Shown in pieces: positions 28,847 through 40,318 of a stretch of DNA of 64,000 bases. How positions within the stretch are numbered: position 1 is the stretch's first letter; each line of letters opens with the position of its first letter. The stretch lies in the IMG/VR virus record IMGVR_UViG_3300030521_000002, positions 1-64,000 of that record; one strand, given 5' to 3'. A program made the translations under genes and the position numbers. The notes beneath the pieces are model-generated. The model ran no database searches, was not told the origin of the DNA, and saw nothing but the letters and a program-made list of their open reading frames with translations. The DNA comes from a virus.

Positions 28847-29212
28847 CTACGACTCTTGTTGTGTCAGTTGCCCAATCCCTGCTCGAAAGGCAGCAAACAT
28901 CTCGTGGCGAATATACCCCTCTGGATCATTCTTGATAATGGAGGTATGGTTTGAATTGACCAACCATTTATCAAATAAAGCCCGCATTTGCTTCGCTTGC
29001 TCCCCCTCTTCTGTTCGCTTGGTTGTTCTCGGATTAGTCGATTTGCTGCCACGGCGGATAATCGCTTTGTACACTTCCTCACGATGAATGGGGACATCAG
29101 TAGGAGCTATGCAGCCCAATCTGACCTTATCTCCTCTGATATCCACAACCATGACGATAATATCCTCACCAATCATAATCGACTCATCACGTTGTCTTGA
29201 AAGCACCAGCAT
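28847..29212 (-). CDS. csrA: carbon storage regulator CsrA with C-terminal extension
   Basis: MLVLSRQRDESIMIG...VDIRGDKVRLG..AP..VPIHREEVY. Confidence 0.92.
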   Translation of the reverse strand: MLVLSRQRDESIMIGEDIIVMVVDIRGDKVRLGCIAPTDVPIHREEVYKAIIRRGSKSTNPRTTKRTEEGEQAKQMRALFDKWLVNSNHTSIIKNDPEGYIRHEMFAAFRAGIGQLTQQES

Positions 29213-29221
29213 CTTGTCCTC

Positions 29222-30142
29222 CTAGCCTTTGGGTTTTCCATTTGGAATTGGTTTTCCGTCGATCAGCATTTTGATTAGCTCGAATGTTGGTGATTCAATG
29301 TATTCCGGTATTACTGATGGTGTACTCGTACGGAATCCGGCAGCATAGTTGGGCGAATATAATGTTCTGAGCCTTCTTACTATTTTACCCGTTTCTCGGC
29401 TCGTCGTGAGAGTCCTCGTCTTACCGGCCTTACCGGGAATTGGCACTTCCTTGGTTTCCGTAAGCACTTCCTTTGCCAAGTATAACCGACAGATGTAATC
29501 ACAAGCGTCATGCAACCAACCTACCGTTTGGCCCCCTAAGTCCGAAGCGATGTAGGACTCCAATTGAAACCCCCGCAACATCTCGGGCTTTTCCTTATCC
29601 GGTGGGTTATGATCCCGTTCCTTAGCCGTAATGACTGTATGGCAATCCATATTGAGGAACGGGCGCAAAGCTTCTTTGGTTTGTTCCGAGCGTTGGCGGT
29701 ATTGATCGCGGCTGACCATCCCCCAATTCAATTGCTCAGGTACTTCCGGTAAGTCAAGAATGTCTTGGAGGATAATGTCCTGGTAGCTCGTAGCAGAATC
29801 GAGTACTACAGTTTTGAAAGTAATCCCATTCCATTCCATTTCCCCGTCTTTAAGCTCCTGGGCTAGTCGAAGGGCTTTTTCCATCGTCTTAATGCGCATT
29901 AAGGTAATGCCAGGAACTTTGGCAACAGTCTTAGCTCCCCCGGTCTTGTTGGGCTCAAAAGATACCAACAACAAAGGCTTCGGGAACTGACATGCTAGCC
30001 AAGTTTTACCCGTCCTGTTCTGCCCATAAATAACCAGCTTGATAAACTCATCTTCCAGTTCCTCAATCGGAATGGCTTCATCGAGAACGCTGCCAGTGTT
30101 GGGTTTCTTGGCATGGGCAGTCTGCTTGATAACTTTAGGCAT
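29222..30142 (-). CDS. AAA_24 / Sak4-like ATPase
   Basis: IYGQNRTGKT, TVVLDSAT, ITAKE; likely start MPKVIK at 30142. Confidence 0.8.
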   Translation of the reverse strand: MPKVIKQTAHAKKPNTGSVLDEAIPIEELEDEFIKLVIYGQNRTGKTWLACQFPKPLLLVSFEPNKTGGAKTVAKVPGITLMRIKTMEKALRLAQELKDGEMEWNGITFKTVVLDSATSYQDIILQDILDLPEVPEQLNWGMVSRDQYRQRSEQTKEALRPFLNMDCHTVITAKERDHNPPDKEKPEMLRGFQLESYIASDLGGQTVGWLHDACDYICRLYLAKEVLTETKEVPIPGKAGKTRTLTTSRETGKIVRRLRTLYSPNYAAGFRTSTPSVIPEYIESPTFELIKMLIDGKPIPNGKPKG

Positions 30143-31277
30143 CTTGTAGCTCTGGGAAAAGATTGGTGACTCGTTGAAGGCCAAGTGTACTACCGGTTTC
30201 TAAATGCTCGTCTAATTCTGTTGCACCGCCATCTAGTAAGGCAGAATAGCAACCAAAGGGCATGATGAAATGTTGGTGATTGTTTTCCATCCAAGGGTCT
30301 TGGAAGTTCTGTGAGGCTAGGTACTCATACCAATCACAGAGTTGTTCCAAGATCGGATTTAAGCACCTCTGCTTGAATTTAGCAACATCCCCAGCCGTGA
30401 GGTTTATTTTCCACCTCATAAAAAACCAGTTATCTCGCTTCTCTTTGATGGAGGCTTTGCATTCTTCTCTGATAATCCCATCCAAGCGACCATAGAATTC
30501 TTCGTCTGTCTCCTCTGGCTTCTTAGCAGTGGCTTGGTGCTTACGGATAGTAAACTTACCACCGCTCAAGGGGCGACGAACAGCATTGAATCTAACCCCA
30601 CAAATCGGAACACCATCGCTCTCCTTACTCAATGGCCCGTTCTCTCTAGTATACTCTTCCAACGCCACGGTATAGATGAGCGTTTGCAATTCAAAGTGTA
30701 GCTGACGTTGTATCTGCTGCTTATCAATATCGCCTTTTGACTTATTTTCCTGTAAAAATATCCCAACATTCTTACCCTTGCCAATCAGGTCTACGCTGTC
30801 CCACTTACCTCTCAAATAGACAGTCCGCCCCGACGGTAATTTATAAGGAACTTTGAAGACCTTCTCTTGGAAGATTGGTGTTCGATCCTTAACATCCGGG
30901 TGCTTAGACCAAAAGTCCATGTAATGTGGGAACTGGGTACGACAGATGTTGTACCAATGGTTAATTTGATCTGCTGCTAATTTGTACTGATCGAACAACC
31001 CTTGGCAGTAAATCTTTAATCTACCTTGCCACTTGTTACTTGCCCTAGCCCCAACGGCAACTTCCTCAGCATGGCTCTCTTCACAAATATGCCACATTTG
31101 CCCGTAAAAAATTCTGTGGTTCCAGCCATCGGCTTGCTTAAGGCCCTCAATAGTCTGTATTCTGAATCTTTCCCTGCAAACTAAAAATTTTGAGAGCAAG
31201 CTGAACGTAATGCCATCAACTTCTGGGCCTTGCCACACTGGTCTTTTAGCCGCATTTCTTATGACTGGTTTCGGCAT
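30135..31277 (-). CDS. PD-(D/E)xK exonuclease
   Basis: LRGKWDSVD...QENKS...QTLIY. Confidence 0.75.
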   Translation of the reverse strand: MPKPVIRNAAKRPVWQGPEVDGITFSLLSKFLVCRERFRIQTIEGLKQADGWNHRIFYGQMWHICEESHAEEVAVGARASNKWQGRLKIYCQGLFDQYKLAADQINHWYNICRTQFPHYMDFWSKHPDVKDRTPIFQEKVFKVPYKLPSGRTVYLRGKWDSVDLIGKGKNVGIFLQENKSKGDIDKQQIQRQLHFELQTLIYTVALEEYTRENGPLSKESDGVPICGVRFNAVRRPLSGGKFTIRKHQATAKKPEETDEEFYGRLDGIIREECKASIKEKRDNWFFMRWKINLTAGDVAKFKQRCLNPILEQLCDWYEYLASQNFQDPWMENNHQHFIMPFGCYSALLDGGATELDEHLETGSTLGLQRVTNLFPELQDA

Positions 31278-31992
31278 TTTGTCTCCTCCTTTTCCATGAT
31301 TCTTTCCTTGCTTCCGCTATCTTCGCTTTACATCCAGGTGTATTTAGTGCCTTTTTGATGGCTGCCTTATGGGAGTCAGACAATCTTTTGTCTTCTCTTG
31401 CATCCCATTGCGCCTTGACTATCAGGGATATTTTCTTTTTAGTTTCTTCGCTACGCTTTCTGCCCTTATTTTTCATCGAGATACTTTTACACACAGCCAA
31501 AGACCGTTTCTTACCGACGGAAGCTTTTGGACCCATCCTCAACGCTTCTAATTGCTTTTCGGTTAGATTGCCTTTTCTCTGTTTAGACCAAAGCAATTTG
31601 GTTTCTTCTGTGGGCCTATACCAAGCTCTCCCTTTCTTCGATTTAGCAATATGTTCCTCAGATAGTTTTACTCCTAAACAACTACCAGCGGTTGGGCATT
31701 TATTATAGCCAGTATCTTGTTCAGCGGCTCTTAGTTTATCCATCCAAACCTGTTCTCTTGGAACACACATTTTCTTTTGGCAAGTTTCCAAAACAATAAA
31801 TTCAAAGGCTTCTTCACCATACTTTAACCAAGCCCTCTGCAAGTGTTTATTGTGATGTAAATCCCTCCTTAACAGACATTTGTGTATGTACCACCTCTTT
31901 TTGATAGAAACAGCAGCACTTCCTACATAGACTTTGAGCGAGATTTTATGCCGTATTGCATACACTCCTGTCTTGTAAATAGGTTTGGGCAT
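31246..31992 (-). mobile_element. free-standing GIY-YIG endonuclease with NUMOD3-like repeats
   Basis: GVYAI...VYVGSA...HLQRAWLKYGEEAFEF...GYN; KRSEETKKKIS. Confidence 0.9.
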
Positions 31993-32293
31993 GTGCTTGT
32001 TCTTTATGCTTGGAGGGATTTCAGTAACATCGGTAGATTCTCAGCGTCTTCTAATACTTTCTGATCCATAATATCTGTTACAAGCCACAACCAACGATCC
32101 CTATTAAAAGTTACCCTAACCTTGCGCTTGTACTTCGCTTCGGCTGTGGTTTGTGCTTCTTCCACCAGCTTTTCATATTGCCAACGTCTGCTAGCCATTC
32201 CTAAACCTCACTTATTGAGTTTGTGGCTGATAACAAACAATAGCCCAATAACCATTCCCAGTGCTAAGATCACTATACTTCCCTGTTCATACG

Positions 32294-32998
32294 TCATAGT
32301 TCACCAAAGGCTTCGGCTAGGGTTATGATACAACGCTTTATGGCGAGAGATTGCTGGATTTGTTCGCTGCGAAGTATGGCTGCCGGGTGCAGAATTGTGA
32401 TGATCTTAGGATAGAGCTGCGAAACTTTAGCAACAGGATTGCCGCGTTGTACAGCTTTAGATTTAGGGCTTGCTTCCTTGCTAAGTCCAGTTCTTGCAGT
32501 TTGAGATTCTGGGCTTGGGTGATGAGACGCATATTTGGGTTCCTGAAGAATCTTGGGGAGCCATTTGTAGGCTAGCTCTCCGACACACACAATCAACTTA
32601 GGTTTCGTCAAAGCTACCAATTCTACCACACGAGGAGCGCAAGCTTCTATCGAGGCTTTGGGAGGTTGTGCAGCCTTTTCTCCTTGCTGCATTGGCAGAC
32701 ATGCAATCAAATTGCTATATGCAAAGGTTGGTTCCCCCTCATTAGCAGCAACTGCTCGTTCGATAATCTTGTGCAGCAAGCGTCCGGCAGGCCCCACAAA
32801 AGGCTGTCCAATAACATCCTCACTTTGTCCAGGTGCTTCGCCCAACATAAGTACAGAAGCCGGGATAACACCCTTGAGCAGCACCACGTGATTACGCCCC
32901 TTACACAAATCACACCGCTGACAATCTCGCCATTTTATTTTGTGCATGTCCCAAGGTGAGAACAATTTAGCAAGCTTATTGGAAATTGGTTTAGGCAT
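32294..32998 (-). CDS. uracil-DNA glycosylase (family 4, Fe-S)
   Basis: CQRCDLC, GEAPGQSE, GQPFVGPAG, HPAAILR; start MPKPIS after AGGAG. Confidence 0.9.
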   Translation of the reverse strand: MPKPISNKLAKLFSPWDMHKIKWRDCQRCDLCKGRNHVVLLKGVIPASVLMLGEAPGQSEDVIGQPFVGPAGRLLHKIIERAVAANEGEPTFAYSNLIACLPMQQGEKAAQPPKASIEACAPRVVELVALTKPKLIVCVGELAYKWLPKILQEPKYASHHPSPESQTARTGLSKEASPKSKAVQRGNPVAKVSQLYPKIITILHPAAILRSEQIQQSLAIKRCIITLAEAFGEL

Positions 32999-33436
32999 TA
33001 CGACTCCTGACAAGTTGCTACAAGTTCCGAGACCACTCGATGCGCATGGGACAAGATGATTATCTCATCAGCAAAGGCCCCCAAATCGTGCTTCATCATG
33101 CCGCCTCGGATTGTTCTTAGAACTTTCAAACACGTTTCCACTGCTTCATCCGGGGTATCTTCAAAGGCAAATTCATCAGTCTTTTCTAGGTCAATCATCT
33201 TGGGTTCCCTTATTGCTTAGTTGTTCGCCACAGGATTAAAGCACATCGCTTGAACATCCCATCGGCTAGAGAGTCGATTAACATTTCCGCCTGCTTATCC
33301 TCTAGCAAAGCTCGCATCAACGTACGATGTTTTTCAGTGGTAGATTCCAACCAATCTGTAGCAAGTTTAACCAGAGCATAAACTCGGTCAAATGCTGCTA
33401 AATCTTGGTCAAACTTCGATAGGTCAGGTAAGTCCA

Positions 33437-33958
33437 TTATCCTAATTTCCCTTCATGTAAACGCTGGCAATAAAGGGCAATCAACATTGCATCACAGACC
33501 GCTCGTTGTTTACCGAGAGTCTCTTTCCAGATTTCCTCTCGGGGGAATAACTGTTGGGCTTTTGCTCGCAGTCGGTCCTTCCACTTGTTAGTAGCCTCAC
33601 CTGCCTTGCGATTACTGATCCCCATTGCTTGTTGCCATTTGTAGGCTTGAACTGTCTCGAAGGGGATTTGAGCGGCAGTTAAAGCTGTTCTTAGGGCCAT
33701 ATAACTACCGTAGAGTTTAGACATAGGAGATTTTCCAATTCCTTTAATAGCTGGATGAATCCACTCAATAACTGCTGTAACATTAGAGTCTTTCAATCCA
33801 CTTATAAGAAACCAAATCCCAAGCTCTGTCTCAGGCATTGAGGCCCGTAAATCAAACATTCCACTGGGATAAATTGCTGCAATACCCCCATTGGCGCCTG
33901 GATCAATGCCTAGATACAAGCGGTCTTTAGTGATTGGTTTTGGCAAAACGGTATCCAT
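33437..33958 (-). CDS. RuvC-like Holliday junction resolvase
   Basis: LGIDPGANGGIA, VIE, WQQAM, DAMLIA; a TTG start at 33946 would give (M)PKPIT. Confidence 0.8.
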   Translation of the reverse strand: MDTVLPKPITKDRLYLGIDPGANGGIAAIYPSGMFDLRASMPETELGIWFLISGLKDSNVTAVIEWIHPAIKGIGKSPMSKLYGSYMALRTALTAAQIPFETVQAYKWQQAMGISNRKAGEATNKWKDRLRAKAQQLFPREEIWKETLGKQRAVCDAMLIALYCQRLHEGKLG

Positions 33959-33972
33959 CCCTTTCTAGCAGG

Positions 33973-35603
33973 TTAATTCCTACCCATTCTTCCCCCATTA
34001 GGAACCACAATTCTCTTTCTGTCATCTAGCAGTAGAACCCTAGCCGCTGCTTTACAACCTACTTCACCCATTGAGGACTCGTTGATTTGCCGGCGGATAG
34101 GTCTGCCACAACATGAACAGGCTTGTATGTTGGAATTCATGTCAATTATTGTTTGGTTGTTCAAACTTTAATCTTCGCCAATCGTCGGCTATTTCTTCCA
34201 AAAGTTTTATCGTGTTTTCTCCATTAGCTTGATTTTTGGACAATCCTATAGCCATAACTTCGTGATGAAAAGCATCAAGAGCATCGTTAAAGGTTGCTGC
34301 AAAGTAAATCATAAGCGTAAAATCAAGCAGTTGCTCATGGGAAAGTTCTGCTATCTTACTCCGAAAATGCTCGCTACATGTCATTGTCAGTTCCTTTTCC
34401 CCAAATTAGTAATTCCTACATGATCCCCAACAATACCTACTGAGACTCTAACACTAGCCCGCTTGGCAGCTTGTCTGACCTGTATGGCAAAGGAATGGGG
34501 CTCACAAAAGAAGTGTATATCCCTGCGAAATTCTTGGGTGTCTCCCTTCTTCCCTAACCAAGATTCCCAGGGATACTTGGCCCGTCTCCCGCGCTTAACC
34601 GGCATTAGGGATACTCCTCAGTAAAAACAATGCCTAATGCTATCAGTAACATTCTTACGTCTTTTCTGGTTGCTGGATTTGGGGCGACATAGTCGAGTAG
34701 TCCTTCAATTCCATTTGTTGGAGGTCTTGGTGCCATTAAGTGCGGCTTATCATCGACTAACCGAATACAGAGCATATGCAATGACCCACCATCCGCACGA
34801 CGGAGTCCAGCCAACCATTTAACAGTAACGATCTTCATTTCTTCCGGAATTTCCACATCTTGCTTTTTCTTAGGCATTAGGAACCTCAACTTGGGTAATC
34901 GGACCCTCAACATCCTCAGCATAGTATTCTGACAACCCGAGACACATTGTTCCGAGTAGGTTCTGATACCAAATGTACTTGCCTTCGATCGCTTGAGGCC
35001 AAGTTGGGCCAATGATAGTGTGCTTGTAACATTTGCCGATTTCAATCTCTGTGGGTTTCATTTAATCCACCTTAATTGGAATTACACATTCAACCAGTAT
35101 CCACTCATAACTGGGAACTGAGTTACCAAGCCAGTTAGTTGGAGCAAACCAGTGGTTGCCTTTGTAGTTATACCCCACGGCTGCTAGGCTACTACCACCA
35201 TCTTTCCAGTGGATTCGGTACAACCCTAAAGGTAGTTCATTTGCTTGCGCTTGTGTCATTATTCAAATCCTGCTTTGGTTAAAGCTGCTCTGGATTTGGT
35301 AATCCAATCAAGATACAGATCGTCTAAGTCATCTGCTTGAGCAATCCCCATACCTTCTGCTATGGTGACTTCACCTCTAGCAGCCTTGCCATAAATACTT
35401 GCATCATATTTAACCGCCGCTTGGCAAGCAGCAATAAGTTCTGGGATAGCGAGGCATATTTTGAGAATTGCGCGGAGATTTGGCAGTAAGAAATGAAACG
35501 GTGGAATGATTGCCAATCCAGTTGCATCTCTGATACATGTCGTACTTCCATCACTCAAAACATCCTCCCGCCAAGGGAAGTGTAAATCGACTTTCGGTTG
35601 CAT
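33973..35603 (-). other. cluster of small hypothetical ORFs
   Basis: 33973-34164, 34142-34384, 34387-34605, 34605-34877 (MPKKKQ), 34870-35061, 35062-35259, 35259-35603, mostly start/stop coupled. Confidence 0.5.
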
Positions 35604-36015
35604 AGAATTTCCTCCATTTCCTTATAGCGTCAATATACCCGGTAAACGGCGGGAGCGGTTCACTTCCTGCGGAATAAGGCTAAACCGGACGATCCCGAAA
35701 ACATAGGGTCATCAGTAGTAACCTCTGGTGCGTTGACCCTGCCGGCGCAAGGGGGTCTCGAAAAACCCCGAGGAAAATAGGCTCGATACCGCCCTCAAAT
35801 AATTATTCCCTTAGCCACTAGCTATTCCACTAGACTTATATTATATTAGACTACGGGAGAGTGTTGTTATAGTAGTAGTTATCTACTACTTTACAGAGGG
35901 AAGTGTCAGACATACCCTTTCTAAATCTTCTTAAACCGGGCTTTACTCTTTCCGGTATTTCCTTATAGTGGTAATTCAATTAGGAATTAACCCTATCCTT
36001 AAGGAGAACCCTGCC

Positions 36016-36291
36016 ATGCGAACCCGCGATGAGATTGACTCAGATGTAGAAGATACGGAGGGACAAATTGAAGAACTACGGGAACAGATAGGAGAGAAGG
36101 ATTCGGAGCTTCAATCACTAGGCCGGGAAATCTCCATTAAGGAGGATGAGCTTGACGAAGATAAAGATGAGCTATCAGACATGGAAGAAGAGTTGAGCGA
36201 ACTAAACAAAGAATTGCAAGATTTGGAAAACGCCTTATCGGAACTTAACACTGAACAATCAATGGAGGAAGATGAAGACGCGGAAGTTTGA
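36016..36291 (+). CDS. acidic coiled-coil protein
   Basis: heptad E/L pattern; AAGGAG RBS before MRTRDE. Confidence 0.65.
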   Translation: MRTRDEIDSDVEDTEGQIEELREQIGEKDSELQSLGREISIKEDELDEDKDELSDMEEELSELNKELQDLENALSELNTEQSMEEDEDAEV

Positions 36292-36674
36292 AACCCCTAA
36301 CTAGGAGCTAGTCATGTTCAACAGCCCTTTAACTCGCACGGAGGCGCAAGATGGTAAGAATTATTTCTGCTAGGGACTTGGGAGCAAGTCACTTCGATCT
36401 AGGGTGCGATTGCACCGCCGATGGGGTCGTTTATGAAAGCGACCTATCTATTTCGGCTAAGCCCCCCAAGCGTAGACTCTTGGAGGCTGAATTTGACATT
36501 CCGGTAACTACTGCCCAGCCGTTCTTGGGTGGTCAACCTTTAGTGACAAAGGAGAATTTGTGGTAAGGACTGCTTGGAAGCGAAACCTCAAGGAGTTCCA
36601 ACTCTTAACCAAGTTGGATCGACCGGAATACTTTGGATACCGTCAACTTCAATTGCATAAGGAGCTAACCCAGA

Positions 36675-37970
36675 ATGCCGAAACTATTAACGAAACCGAC
36701 AACACCCAAGAAGGACAAGCAGCAGAAACCGTTGACCCCTACGTCCAAGAGTACGTCGCCCGAGAAGAGCGAAGAAAGAAACGGTTCAGCGGAGGCAAAG
36801 CCGGTCAAGAAATTAGCGAGTTCCAAGGAACCGAGAAAGATTCTGTACCCCGCAATTGAACTTAAGATTTGTACCCCGAGTAGTCCACTCACGGTAGCCG
36901 ATGCTAAAAAACTACTCGAATGGCGGGAAGAGACGGAGCATGTCAAATTCGACGGAAAGGAATATGGCAGTGCTTTCCATACGAGGGGCAACGAAGAGAC
37001 ACGTAGGCGGGTTTGGTGTGCCAACAACCAGACGAATCGACCGATCGTGTGGCCAATGGTGGAAATGCTTTGGCAAGAGATTCTCCGGGGGAATTACCAA
37101 CTCAACGGAGAAACCATCATCATTGGCAAGACAGGGTTTGTCCTTAGCGGGCAGAACCGTTTGATTGCCTTAGTTCTAGCTGCCGAGATGTGGGCGGCTA
37201 AACCGGGACAATACAAAGAGGTTTGGAAGACCGAACCCACGATTACCGGGCTCGTGGTTGTGGGTATCGACGAAACCGATAAGGTGGTTAACACCATTGA
37301 TACGGGCAAACCTCGCGATATGGCAGACGTTTTCTACCGTAGCGAGTTCTTCGCCAAGTTCCACCCCAAGCAGCGCAAACCCCTGGCTAAGTTGGCCAAG
37401 TTTGCCCTGAAGATGCTTTGGCATCGTACGGGGGCCGATAAAGCGAATGCTTTTGCACCCCGGCAAACCCATGCTGAGAGCATCGACTTCGTGAAACGTC
37501 ACCCCAAGCTCTTGGAAGCGGTTAAGCACATCTATGAAGAAAATGGGACCGATGGCAAGATCAATCAGTTTCTTTCTCCGGGGTATGCCGCCGCTCTGAT
37601 GTACCTCCAAGCCGCTTGCCTTACCGAACGGGAGCGAGAAACCAAGGATGGCTATGGTGAGGTCGATACCCCTTCCGAGAAACTCCTCGATATGACCATG
37701 TGGGATAAATCCAGTGAATTCTGGGTAATGCTCGCCGGTCGTTCCAAGGAATTCGAGGCTGTGACCCAAGCCGTCGCCCAAGTTCGGGACTATGACCACG
37801 GCCTAGGTGGCTCGATCGACGAACGTACCACGATCCTCATCAATACGTGGAACGTCTGGACAAGCAACAAGAAGGTGACGTTGGCAGGGATTATGCCCAA
37901 GTACCATGACGGTGACGATGGCAAAACCCTGGTAGAAGTTCCTCACCTCGGTGGAATCGACGTGCGTTAG
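36675..37970 (+). CDS. ParB/DGQHR-like domain protein, paralogue B
   Basis: NRP...NGETIII..SGQNRL...TIDTGKPRDMAD. Confidence 0.6.
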   Translation: MPKLLTKPTTPKKDKQQKPLTPTSKSTSPEKSEERNGSAEAKPVKKLASSKEPRKILYPAIELKICTPSSPLTVADAKKLLEWREETEHVKFDGKEYGSAFHTRGNEETRRRVWCANNQTNRPIVWPMVEMLWQEILRGNYQLNGETIIIGKTGFVLSGQNRLIALVLAAEMWAAKPGQYKEVWKTEPTITGLVVVGIDETDKVVNTIDTGKPRDMADVFYRSEFFAKFHPKQRKPLAKLAKFALKMLWHRTGADKANAFAPRQTHAESIDFVKRHPKLLEAVKHIYEENGTDGKINQFLSPGYAAALMYLQAACLTERERETKDGYGEVDTPSEKLLDMTMWDKSSEFWVMLAGRSKEFEAVTQAVAQVRDYDHGLGGSIDERTTILINTWNVWTSNKKVTLAGIMPKYHDGDDGKTLVEVPHLGGIDVR

Positions 37971-38002
37971 GTGTTGTTTCAGTTCTTTCTTTTAAGGAGT
38001 TT

Positions 38003-38635
38003 GTGATGCAAGTGAAAAATACCCCAATTAAGTCGCTTGTTAAGGCTGGTTACAACCCGCCAAAGCGGAGTAAAGCTGGTGGGAGCCTTACGCAGTTGGA
38101 GAAATCCATTGAAAAGATCGGCTTGGTTTATCCAATAGCCGTTACCAAAGAAATGGAAGTTATTGATGGGCATCGAAGAATAGCTGCCTGTCAAAAGCTA
38201 GGTTGGGATACTATCCCCGTGATCGTCGTAAGCGTTGAATCCCGCGAACTGGCTTATGCCGAAGTAAACGCCAATAATCTCAAGTTGTCTGGTAACGATA
38301 ACCTAACCGTGTATCTACAAAACCCCGACGCGGTTACTAAGAAAGCAGATCGGCGGTTTGAATCCGTCGAAGAGATAATTGGCAAAGTCTTACTCAAGCA
38401 GATTTGCAGTCGTGGGTTTTCTTTATCCACCGTGGGTATCGCAAGGCGAGCTTGCATCTACGTTGGTAAAGGAACGGACGATAAGTCGTTCCTAAAGCGA
38501 ACTATCGCTTGGCTGATTCGCTACCGCAACCAACACTTGATTCGTGGATACATGGTTTTTCAATCACCGCCGCAAGTTCTTTATCGGGCGATTATGAAGA
38601 ACAAGGACATTCGGGTTAAGTACACAACCCAGTGA
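38003..38635 (+). CDS. ParB/Srx N-terminal domain protein
   Basis: YNP...LEKSIEKIGLVYPI...VIDGHRRIAA. Confidence 0.85.
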   Translation: MMQVKNTPIKSLVKAGYNPPKRSKAGGSLTQLEKSIEKIGLVYPIAVTKEMEVIDGHRRIAACQKLGWDTIPVIVVSVESRELAYAEVNANNLKLSGNDNLTVYLQNPDAVTKKADRRFESVEEIIGKVLLKQICSRGFSLSTVGIARRACIYVGKGTDDKSFLKRTIAWLIRYRNQHLIRGYMVFQSPPQVLYRAIMKNKDIRVKYTTQ

Positions 38636-38646
38636 TCGAAGTAACT

Positions 38647-38687
38647 AATACCCCGCAGGTTCTTTCGAGAGCTTGCGGGGTATTTTT
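38647..38687 (+). terminator. intrinsic terminator
   Basis: aataccccgcagg...cttgcggggtatt stem followed by a T-run, just after the ParB gene. Confidence 0.8.
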
Positions 38688-38986
38688 ATGTACCCACCCG
38701 AACGTAGGGTAGCTTATAAGGGCCGGATTGGGTATAATTGTTTACTGTGAGGCGCAAGCCGGAAGATCAATTACCCTAATGAGCAGGAAGTCAGTATGGC
38801 AAATAAAGCACTTCTACTTGAACAACAATTCCAAAGAGCGATGGAGGGTCAACGAGTACGTTACCCACGAGACGGCGCTATTGGTACACTCAGAAGAAAC
38901 TCTGAGGGCCATTTTGTCGTGATTTGGGATGACGGTGTCGAAGAAACCCCATGGACCAGACGATGGGCTAAGCATTTGGTGCTCGA

Positions 38987-39178
38987 ATGAAACCCACCGA
39001 GCTAGCCACCTACCTTGCCCTCAGTCACCAACAAGTCAGAGCCTTGTTGCGCAAGGGCAAGATCAAGTCTACCAAGAAGCAGACATTCACCCGCGAAGGA
39101 CGGGAGTTTGGATTTGAGTACGAGATTACCCCCGACGAAGCCCAACGTATCCAACAGGAGAGAACCAATGCCAAGTAA
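38987..39178 (+). CDS. HTH (excisionase-like) DNA-binding protein
   Basis: MKPTELATYLALSHQQVRALLRKGKI. Confidence 0.65.
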   Translation: MKPTELATYLALSHQQVRALLRKGKIKSTKKQTFTREGREFGFEYEITPDEAQRIQQERTNAK

Positions 39179-40310
39179 GAAGACCAAAGCGATTCCCCCG
39201 TCCAAGTTGGCCGACAAACTAGCCAAGCACAAGTCAGAGTTGGATGATGCCCCCCACCTGATCGTCCAAGCGCTCGCAGGAACCGGAAAAAGTACCACAA
39301 TTATCGAGGGCATCAAACTACTGTTTGATATGCCCCCCTCGATCATACCGAGCCCACAACAGCAAGAAATTTGGGATTCGATCCTCTTGAGCAAGGGGAA
39401 AGCTAAGTCTGTGTGCTTTTGCGCCTTCAACAAGAGCATTGCAACAGAACTTCAGCAACGTGTTCCTCCCGGTTGTATCGCCCAGACCATGCACTCGATG
39501 GGATTCAAGGCGGTTCAAGCGGCCTTTGGTAAGGTCCAAGTCAATCAGTACCGAGTACAAGACATTATCAGCGAACTACTCGGCAAGGATATTCGGGATT
39601 TGCGCAAAGACAAGTTCACGATGATTAAAGCTGTGGAAGAATTGGTAGGGTTGTGCAAGCAGACTTTGACAGGCTTTGAGCGACCTAAAACCGGAATCGA
39701 GCGATTGGATTATGCCAATTACAACTGTCAAATCGTATGGCCGGAAACTCTTGCTAACTTGGCAGATTACTACGACGTGGATTGCAACGGTTCTAGTGCT
39801 GAAATCTTCGACCTAGTTCCCCAGGTCTTGGAACGCTGCAAGGACGTTGCCAAGGATCGTTGTATCGACTTTGCTGATATGGTGTGGCTCCCGGTTGTTC
39901 TTAATCTTTCGGTGCAACAATACGACTTACTACTGGTGGATGAGGTTCAGGATTTAGCTAAAGTACAACAACAACTCGCTCTCAAGGCCGGTAAACGCTT
40001 GATACTTGTAGGCGACAGTCGGCAAGCTATTTATGGTTGGGTTGGCGCTGACTCTGGCAGTATGGAGCGAATGTACGATATTTTGTTAGACTACTGTCGT
40101 GCTTGTGATGGGGCTGGAACTATTCTTGGGGCAGTTTGTGAGCAATGTGCCGGTAAAGGAAGTGAAGGGAGGGGTTGTCGAGTTCTACCCTTGACTGTCA
40201 CTCGCCGTTGTGGGAGAGCCATTGTTGAGGAAGCTAAGAAGATTGTTCCGAATTTTGAATGGCATCCGAATAACGGGGAAGGAAAAGTCAGCTATGCACG
40301 GATGAACTAA
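39168..40310 (+). CDS. UvrD/Rep-like SF1 helicase, N-terminal part
   Basis: ALAGTGKST, AFNKSIA, TMHSMG, LVDEVQD, VGDSRQAIY, TRRC; AGGAG RBS before the ATG at 39168. Confidence 0.88.
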   Translation: MPSKKTKAIPPSKLADKLAKHKSELDDAPHLIVQALAGTGKSTTIIEGIKLLFDMPPSIIPSPQQQEIWDSILLSKGKAKSVCFCAFNKSIATELQQRVPPGCIAQTMHSMGFKAVQAAFGKVQVNQYRVQDIISELLGKDIRDLRKDKFTMIKAVEELVGLCKQTLTGFERPKTGIERLDYANYNCQIVWPETLANLADYYDVDCNGSSAEIFDLVPQVLERCKDVAKDRCIDFADMVWLPVVLNLSVQQYDLLLVDEVQDLAKVQQQLALKAGKRLILVGDSRQAIYGWVGADSGSMERMYDILLDYCRACDGAGTILGAVCEQCAGKGSEGRGCRVLPLTVTRRCGRAIVEEAKKIVPNFEWHPNNGEGKVSYARMN

Positions 40311-40318
40311 CAAGATAC

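Noticed and set aside
39015-39167. longer helicase start given in the ORF track
   Set aside because: overlaps the HTH gene; the ATG at 39168 has an AGGAG RBS
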